Positions 56,057 through 64,000 of a DNA stretch of 64,000 nucleotides are shown here, in pieces. This stretch comes from Klebsormidium nitens. Its lineage: Eukaryota > Plantae > Klebsormidiophyceae. Position numbers and translations under genes: made by a program. The notes below the pieces were generated by a model. It had not been told where the DNA came from and did no database searches. It saw nothing but the letters and a program-made list of their open reading frames with translations. Each line of letters starts with the position of its first letter. Within the stretch, counting starts at the first letter, position 1. The stretch spans positions 73,768 to 137,767 of the forward strand of contig DF237085.1 of the NCBI GenBank assembly GCA_000708835.1, written 5' to 3'.

Positions 56057-59000
56057 CTACCGCTTCTTGGCCCCTGCAGGCCGCTTCGCCTTTCTAATCA
56101 CCCGGCCCGACTTATCATCCCCCCCCATGCTTCCCACGCTGAAGCCAGCCCCCTGCCCGCTGTTGAACCCACCGAAAGACTGTGTCCCGGCTCCGAAGGG
56201 ATTGGCGGCCGGCTGGCCGGCACCAAAAGCGGCATTCGGTTGCTGCGGTTGTTGGAACGGATTCGCGGCCGCCGGGAACGGGCTCTGCTGAGAGAAGCCA
56301 AACGCTCCAGGCTGTGGCGCGACCGACTGCGGCTGCTGACCGAAAAGTGGAACCGCTGGCGGGGCCAACTGCGCAGGTTGCGCCGGTTCCTCTGCCATAC
56401 CGCTATCATCCATAGCGCTACCCGGTGACGGGGGCCCGTTCGACACCGTCCCGTTTGCAGTCGCCCCACCAAAGACCGGCGCGGCCGCAGCAGCACCAAA
56501 GCCAGGGAAAACGGGAGCGGCAGAACTAGCGGCGGCGGTGTTTTGGCCGCCAAAGGCAAACACGGCGGAAGTGCCGCTGGGTGTGGCGGCGGCCGTGAAG
56601 GAGAACGGAGCGGAGCTGGCCGGCGCCGATGCTTGAGCGCCGAAGAGCGCCGGTGGCGTCGTTCCGAAGCCGGTGAACGACGGTGTGCTCGCTGCTGACG
56701 TGGAAGAAGCATTACCGAAAATGGGTGCGCTCACTGCCGACGATCCGAAGGCGGGTGCTGGGTTGCTGCCAAAGGCAGGCGTGGACTGCCCCCCAAAGAC
56801 GACTCCCGTGAACGTCGACCCCGTGCCGCCAAAGACGGGCGCCGTGGTAGATGTGGCAGGGGCGGCGGATGAGGGCTCCGCCGGCTTGGCGCCGCCGAAA
56901 GTGAACGCGGCTGAAGTCTCAGCAGGTTTGGGAGCGCCGAAAGGGTTTACGAGGGGCGTTTCGAACGATTTTGCGACTCCGAACGCCAAGGCCGGGGCGG
57001 CTGACGTGCTCGCTGACGTGAGGGTGCCGAATGTCAAAGGTTTGACGGTTTCAGGCGCTGCGCTCGTGCTTGGGGCCAATGCGGGGGGCTGCCCAAAAGC
57101 AAAGAAACTCGGTGCGCTGCTGCTCGCTGCCGCGGGAGTGGTCGAGACTGCGGGTGCTGCTGTGGTTGGCAGAATGGAAGCAAACCCGCTCGGCTTCGCG
57201 GGCGCCTCCGAGGCCGGCAGTGCAGACGTGCTGGGTGTCGCTGATTCCTTGTTGCCGTTGCTCTCCACTGCCGCGCTAGTTTTCTCGTCCGCTTTCGGGC
57301 CCAATCGGCCTGCCGAAAACACCCCCCCGAAAGCTGCCGTTGGCGCGGGCGCTGACACGGGCGGCGCGCCGCCCCCGAAGATCCCCGCTCCCTGCCCAAA
57401 CGCCAGCGGTTGGCTCGGGGCCGTTTCCGCTCTGCTGGCGCCCCCTTCCGTCGTTCCGCTCTTCCGTGTCTTCAAGAACCCCATCAATCCGCTGTCCTCC
57501 GCAGCCGGGGCTGCTTCTTTTTGCCCCCCCTCTTTCGCCTCCTCAACTCCGTTGGCATCGCTCTCTGCTTTCCGCTTGCCGCTCGAGCCTGTCACCGCTG
57601 ACCCGGTCGCAGGCGCTGATGCAAATAGAGAAGGCGCTCCGGGCTGGACAGCTGGCACGCTTGCCATAAAGGCGAAGGCTTTGGCGGGCGCTGATGCGTT
57701 GGCCGCGGTTCCAAAGCTAGGGGTCGCCGGGGCGGACTCAGGGGGCTGTGCAGTGAAGCCGCCGAATGAACCGCCGAAGAGCGGTGCAGAGGTGGTAGTT
57801 ACGGAAGGCGGCGCAGGTGCCGGCTTTTCCTTCTCGGCCGCCAGAGGACTGCTGGCAAAAAAGAGGTTGACGATATTAGCGGAGGACTGAGTGAAAGGAC
57901 ATTATCTGGGACTCGCAGCGAGTTCTGATGCAGGCGTTTATCAGCAAAAGAGTCCAGATCGGATCAAAGCAAACCAGACTCTCAAGGCCACAGAGCACAA
58001 CTATGAACACTGATCTTAGGTTTTGGAAACTGAACAAGCACGGACGAAACTTTCAGTTGCTGAAGCACCACTGCAGGGGATACCCAAGCGCGCACAAGAT
58101 CACGGCAGAAGCCGTGTAGGAAAAGCCGCTGACTATCAAGGAAAGCCCACCTGAACGAGAAGTCCGACTGAGCTTTAAAGCCAAACTCGGGCAAGCCCGC
58201 CGGTGCCTTCAGATCCGCCCCCTCCTTCAGTCCCTGGAAGGACTCCTTGGCCACTTTGGATTCGGAGAACGTGAAGGCCGGAGGAGTGCCGCCGCTGAGC
58301 GCTGATGCGCTCATGACGGGAGCCATTCCGGTGAAGAGCGTGGCAGCAGGGGCGGTCGTTGCAGGGGCGGTGAAGATGCTTTTGACGGCCGCTGGCTGGG
58401 AGGTGGGAAAGATCGAGACGCCCACTGCCCCACCTTCCTCGTCCTCTCCCTGCAGAACAGTGGGAAACAATTTGAATGTCTGTCCTCTACTTTCGGCTGC
58501 CGCTCGTTGTTATGGACCTCACAGAAGCGAGGTATACTGAACAATCCCGATTCAAGGGTTTTCAAGAGCCTAGCACTAATCGAAGTAGGAATCGATACAC
58601 TGCGACGAAAAAGATGATACTTCGGAGAGCCCCACGCGGAGATGAAACAGGCGAGAAATGACGAACAACCTTTCTTTGCTGATTCCATAAGAATGCCCTG
58701 ATGTCAAAGTTCTGCTTGCACTAGACCTGTCAACTATCAGAAGATCCATGAATGCACCCACTGCATGCATCCAACCAGCGCCACTAAGAACGTGTGAGAA
58801 GAGACGTACCGGTTCTGGAGCCCTGAACACCTTGCCCCGCTTAGCCCCCCTCTCCCTCCCCGTCTGCTCCGTTGTCGGCTGTTCCCGCCTCTCCTCCAAA
58901 GTACTCGGACCCCTCTCCTCCCTTTCAGCTGCCGTCTTCTCTCTTTCTCGATCCTCCCGCTCCGCTTCTTTGCTCCCCTCAACTGCCTTCGTGCTTTTCT

Positions 59001-62000
59001 GCCCGGGTGTTCCTCCCATAGCCCTCTCTGCAGACGCGCTGGCTGCTTGGTAGTCGGCAGATGTCGACGGGGGGAAGGCCTCGCTGGAGGGCAGGGCCGG
59101 GGGGCTCTCGCGACCGGGACTGGCGCGCAGCGAGTCGACAGGCGGGAGGGCGTCCAGCTGCACGAACAGAGCAGGTCAGTCGCAAGGAAGGTATATTTCA
59201 GCGTATGCAAGGGGTTCAGATCGGCAAATGTAACGAAATCCATGTCAGCACCCAAAATAGGGCTCGTCAGGAAGCTTACTGCAAGAATAGATTGAGCCCG
59301 AACATCAAACAGGTCCGGGAAAGCAGTTACTCCGGTATGATGGCACGTTCACAAGTGCCGAGTTACAGTAAGTGGGGTGATGGCACGGGGCTTGCTTAGT
59401 TGGCAGACAGGAGCAGCTTGCTAATACAACAGAACCTCCAACGAGGTCGGCGACTGTCGGCAATAACGATGAGATGTCACCCAAAACCATACCGTGCTCT
59501 GCGTGAGCCGCGCTCTCTCATTCAGGTTCATATCGTGAAGCACCTCTGGGGACAGATTGGCACCGACCAGCTTCTGCACAGGGTAGGCAAGAGAAGTGGT
59601 GAGGCGCCGGCCTTTGTCGGAAGGACCAAAGCTCTCCTGGCAAACAGCAAGTGGCTCCCATAAAGTCAGGCTTCGGGATATCATGTAGGGCTTGTGGTCT
59701 CCCTCTGAAGAATCAAAGCTCTCTGGGCGAGGGGCGAACCACTGTTTGAGACGCTCAAACTTGGTTTTGGAAGGCTTTAGGAGATCTGACCCCGGCAATC
59801 ACTCAACAAGGGAGTCACAGAACGATTACGGTGAGTTAACACCGCAAACACTTGACGACTTCAAAGCAGACGCTCACACCAAATCAACAGCCTCCTCAAA
59901 TACCCGCTGGCATTCAGCCGTCCCTCACCCGTGGCGACAACATCATGTCGAGCGTCTCGAAGATCTTGGAAGCCGTCTTGCTCATCTCGGTCCTCCTCAG
60001 GCTCGGCAGCTGGCCCCCGGCACCCGATCCCCGCCCCTCTTGCCGAACGCTCAGAGCCCTTTCAGCACCCGCAACCATCGATCCTCTTAGAGCACTTGAG
60101 GGGGGTTGAGAAGCAGGGGGCAGCGAAGGGAGCCGGCGACCGGTCTGCGGAGCTCGGCCTGAGGTCCCCGGGGTGAAGGTTTGGCTGGGAGCGGGGGTGA
60201 AGGATGAAGCGGGGGGCCGGAGGGAGGGGGCCGGGGTGGCCTGGACGGCATGCCGGAAGCTGCGCCGCTGCACTGAGCCTTCGACGTCCTCCTGCGGTCG
60301 AGATGGGTGACGAGATTACAGAATTGAAGTGGCAACAGCAAGAACCGGAGCGGACGCCAATTATGTTAAGGTGGAAGAGACAGCCAGGTTGGACCTCTGC
60401 GACTTGCACATAATATCATACCACTTCCTGGCTTGCTAAGTCAGATTAAGTCAGGTGAAATCTTCGAAAGAGCTTTGATCAGTGCCAAGACGTCAGGCTA
60501 TGGGACCACCGAAAGCGGGAACACAATGGAAGAAAGGGCAGTCAAGATGCAACACTTACCAGTCCGCGCTGCCGGATCCTCCTCAGGGACTCCGTCTGCC
60601 AGCCGTCTGCCACCTCGGAGACCCTGCGCTTCAGCATCTGCACAGGAACACCAGATTACTACTTTAGAACCAGTATATAGTCTTTACCCGGTTTGACGCG
60701 CAATCTTAAAAAGCTGTTGATGGATAACTTTACCCTCTGCGCACACGAGTAACATCCCAGAGGAACGCTGACTGGTCTGCATCAATGCAGAGGCCAAGTG
60801 CTTCGCCGAGCTTGCCCTACTTCGAGCGACCGCCAATCAGAGAGTACGAGGAGCAAAGGTGTCCTGCTATGTAGAGGTAACACGAGCTTGTAAAACGTGG
60901 AGTGTGGTGTTGAAAAAAACGTACCTCTCGCCCACCACTCAACGGAGCCCTCACTGGTGTCCACCTTGTTCCAAAGTCCTCCCCAATCTGCAGAAACTGG
61001 AAAGCATCCATGTAAGCACAATCGATGTTGCAAGTCTGCAAGACATGTACGAACGAAAATCGTGTGACTTGCGTCCAAGTTTAGGGGGTTGTTCTGCTGG
61101 AGGAAAAGGCATGACGGCAGCCTCGGGTGCAAGTCTGTTTGCTGAATCGCAGACATGACGGCAGCCTCGAGAGCACAAAAAGGGAATCCTTTGGCGTACC
61201 TCGACAGAGCCTGCCCTCTGCTGAAGAGTGTACGGCCTGCTCGTAATTGAACCCCTCCGAGGAGCCGGGGTGCGGTAGTGACCTCCCCCTTCTTCCGCAA
61301 ATCCTTGCAGGCCGCTGCCTGTGAATCTCCTGTCCATCTCTCTGCTGTTGTCCAGCCTTGGGAACGAGAACGACTTGTTCGAATCAGGACTAAGATCTGC
61401 CGACTGAGCCGGCAAACGTGCCTGGTTCATGAACTTGAGGGCAACCTTCACGGGTGACTCTTCGTCCTGAGTGCGTCCAGTTGCCTGCTGTGGATAGAAA
61501 TGATACATTGTTACCGTTGGGCTGCCCCAAGGATACGGGCAACCTGCCAACAAAAGCTGGTGAGAAGGCTGCGGTTGTAAGCGGGCAATGACAGGGGATA
61601 AACTAACCGACCATATGATCCGGGAGACCAGAAATTACCAATGGAGCAACAACATTTCCTAAGGCCGGTGCAACACAAAGTGCAGCAGATAGGGACCTTG
61701 GCCAATCCCCTTGAACATCATTCAAAACGTACTTACCATGAAGGTTGTACCTGAAGTCATGTGATCCTATTTGCATATCACTAGAAACCGTTTTCCACGC
61801 TTGATTGATGTATTGCATATTGGTTGTCCATTTCGTATCCAACGGCTACAATCACTGACATAACCAAGCAACTCAAAGGTCAAACCTCTCTACACCTTTC
61901 AGCTATTTTCCAATGACTGAGCATACACCGGAGAAGCTGTTTCCGCACAGGCAAGGTCGAAATGAAAAGCGCCACTTTTAAGCACAAAGGCCAGCCAGCA

Positions 62001-63792
62001 GAAATGCTGCACTCCTTGAGGTAGTTTCTGAGCAATCTCCTTCAGGAACATTCAGAAATCAAACCATCGCAGGTGCTCACCCGTAAGCTCCTTCCTTCCG
62101 AGTACGCCAGTTCCATCCCACGGCTTCTTCCCTGCTCTTGTTCCTCTAAGCTCCCATTTGCATCAACGTCAGGATGCTCTTGTGTCGGGTCCGCCCGCCC
62201 AACAGCATCAGGTTTTAAATTACTCTGGCTCTGAAACCCTTGCCTCTCCAGAGGCTCGTGGGGCGTTTCTTCCGCAGATCTGGCATCCGGCCGCCTGACA
62301 GATCCCAGTGGTCGTTTTCCCTTTGTTTTTGATTTCAGAAACTGCCTGATCCTCTCGCACTCCTTCTCACATTCCTCCCTGCAGGGAAAGGCTTAAGTTT
62401 TGGAACTTGTTAAGTTTTTATTAAGCTGAAAAGATCAATGCCATCGATGAAGATGGAGGTCAGTGCCTGCAGTAACAATCACTATTTATGCGAACGATCC
62501 TCACTTCCAATGAAGTCCAGCATCATAGCTTGCAAAGGAGAGGGACTTACTCGCTCAACACCACCCCATCCATTGAGTGCTTGATGAGCTCAGAGAGGTC
62601 AACGGACCTGACTCCGGCCGCCTGAGGCTCCTCCTGGCAAGAGGTTGCAAAGAGTTGCTATCAGTCAAATATGCTACCATATAGCAAAAGCAAGCGTGCA
62701 TCGTTGTGCATGACCAGGGTCGCACAAAGATTGCCCTCAAAACTTGCAAATCAATCCAGCATTATGCGAAGACGACTACTATGCTAAACTTCAAATTCAA
62801 TGCCAGCTTTGTTGGAAGGAAAGAAGCGCATGAAAGGCACTACGTACATTTGCAAGTCAACACTCTTACTCCACCACTTCCGCAATTGCTTGCCATCGCA
62901 CAACCTTCAGCAGCTACATCAACTAAAACCCTAAAACTTGCACAATCAGCCACCAAGCTCCTGACAATGCTCAAATCCATCATGGATGAACGATTGAGCT
63001 AACCTCTGAGTCTTCTCTTTCTGGTTGTCTAGCCCGTCCGCTGGGACCAACCTCTGAATCTCCATTTTCTTTTACATCAGCATCTGCAAAGTAGACAACA
63101 AAACTCTGTGATAAACAGATCCCGGATAGCAGCTCCTCATAATCAATCTGTGTAGAATGCTGCTGATTTCCATCCAGCCACGCGGATGCTCAAAAGTAAC
63201 ATGCTTCAATCGCTGACCTCTTGCCATAATCGTGCTTGAAAGCGAGCCTAGAGGCTAGGAGTATCCAAGAAGTATTGACGGGCACGATTGATTTGAGACA
63301 GCACGCTGCATGTTTTCAACTGACTCATTGTATCTAAACCACCTCATCAGCGAGCAAAAACTGGCAGCTTCCTCACAGTTGTAGCGGCACTAGTCACCCG
63401 ATCGTCATGCAGAAAAGATGCGAGCTCTCACCTTGTTTCTCATTCTCAGGACGCGGATCGCTCTTGAAGAAGCTGAGTGGAGTCGTCACGAGATGCGCTG
63501 CGCCAGAGGCGATGCTCGAAAGTGCTCCCCACCAGCCATTATTCTTCAATGGCCTTGCCAACTCGCCTGGGCCGGCAGAAGTTGCCTGTCCCCCATTCGC
63601 TTTCGCGCTACCCAAAGCTGCGGCATTTGAGGGCCCCGCAGCAGCGTGCCGGCCTGTCGCTGGCCGAGCGTAAGGGGTGCTGTTTCTACCGCCCGCATGC
63701 TTGCGTGCCTTGCTGCTCTTGCCTCCAGCCCCACCAGCACCATATCCATACCCATCGGCCGTCCCGTCCCCCTGCTGCTGGTGCTGGTTCAT
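56057..63792 (-). CDS. NUP1: Nuclear-basket FG nucleoporin NUP1/NUP136-like, multi-exon
   Basis: The N-terminus GYGAGGAGGK...RNSTPYARP...GWWGAL resembles plant NUP1, and the internal SPVKVALKFM resembles the SPxxxAKAYM motif. A long FG/FxFG-rich last exon ends in the basic tail GFSVG...GRVIRKAKRPAGAKKR*. Internal exons were only partly traced. Confidence 0.82.
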
Positions 63793-64000
63793 TGCGCCAC
63801 CTGATCTACCTAGATTCCACGGGACCGTTACCAACCGTCCTTTCAGATTCAGGATGCGCCATGCACTGCCTAACACCTAACAACTTGCATGTCCTGTTGA
63901 AGTATGAAAGAATCTGAGAAGCTCGTCGCCTCAGCCTCAGGCTCCAGCCTCAGGAGGCTAGCCGCTAGCCTAGCCGCTACTAGGCTGCCTCTACTACTAC

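Noticed and set aside
56673-57890. 405-aa plus-strand ORF (also 31420-32235 and 36385-37101 on the minus strand)
   Set aside because: Antisense shadows of GC-rich or biased coding exons (NUP1, MAT1, LINE), with no recognisable motifs.
39213-63792. Proximity of an O-fucosyltransferase (SPY) to an FG nucleoporin, a plausible substrate class
   Set aside because: Two unrelated genes lie between them and eukaryotic neighbours are rarely functionally clustered, so this is probably coincidence.

Overview
Intron-rich eukaryotic nuclear DNA. The plant-type SPY, NUP1 and RING-less MAT1, GC-rich exons and green-lineage mitochondrial fragments suggest a streptophyte alga such as Klebsormidium (inference, not verified). 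I rebuilt spliced gene models by hand from GT/GC-AG boundaries and reading phase. In order: the 3' end of an unknown gene (+), a small secreted Cys-rich protein (-), mitochondrial fumarase (-, 17 exons), a TM9SF/TMN protein (+), an RluA/RPUSD2-type pseudouridine synthase (-), MAT1 (+), plastocyanin (-), SPINDLY (+, 16 exons), a small Gly-zipper membrane protein (-), an orphan with a CxxC/HxC motif (+) and NUP1/NUP136 (-). The most striking element is a poly(A)-tailed non-LTR retrotransposon (34753-38372). Its ORF carries RNase H and a CCHC knuckle followed by a complete C-terminal OTU deubiquitinase-like domain; its 5' part runs into an N gap. Other notable features are the RluA introns built from decaying tandem copies of their own exon edges, a chimeric atp9+rps3 NUMT, a MITE on a fumarase splice acceptor, a probable solo LTR, and a hairpin-bearing AT-rich repeat array. 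I found no rRNA, tRNA or CRISPR array.
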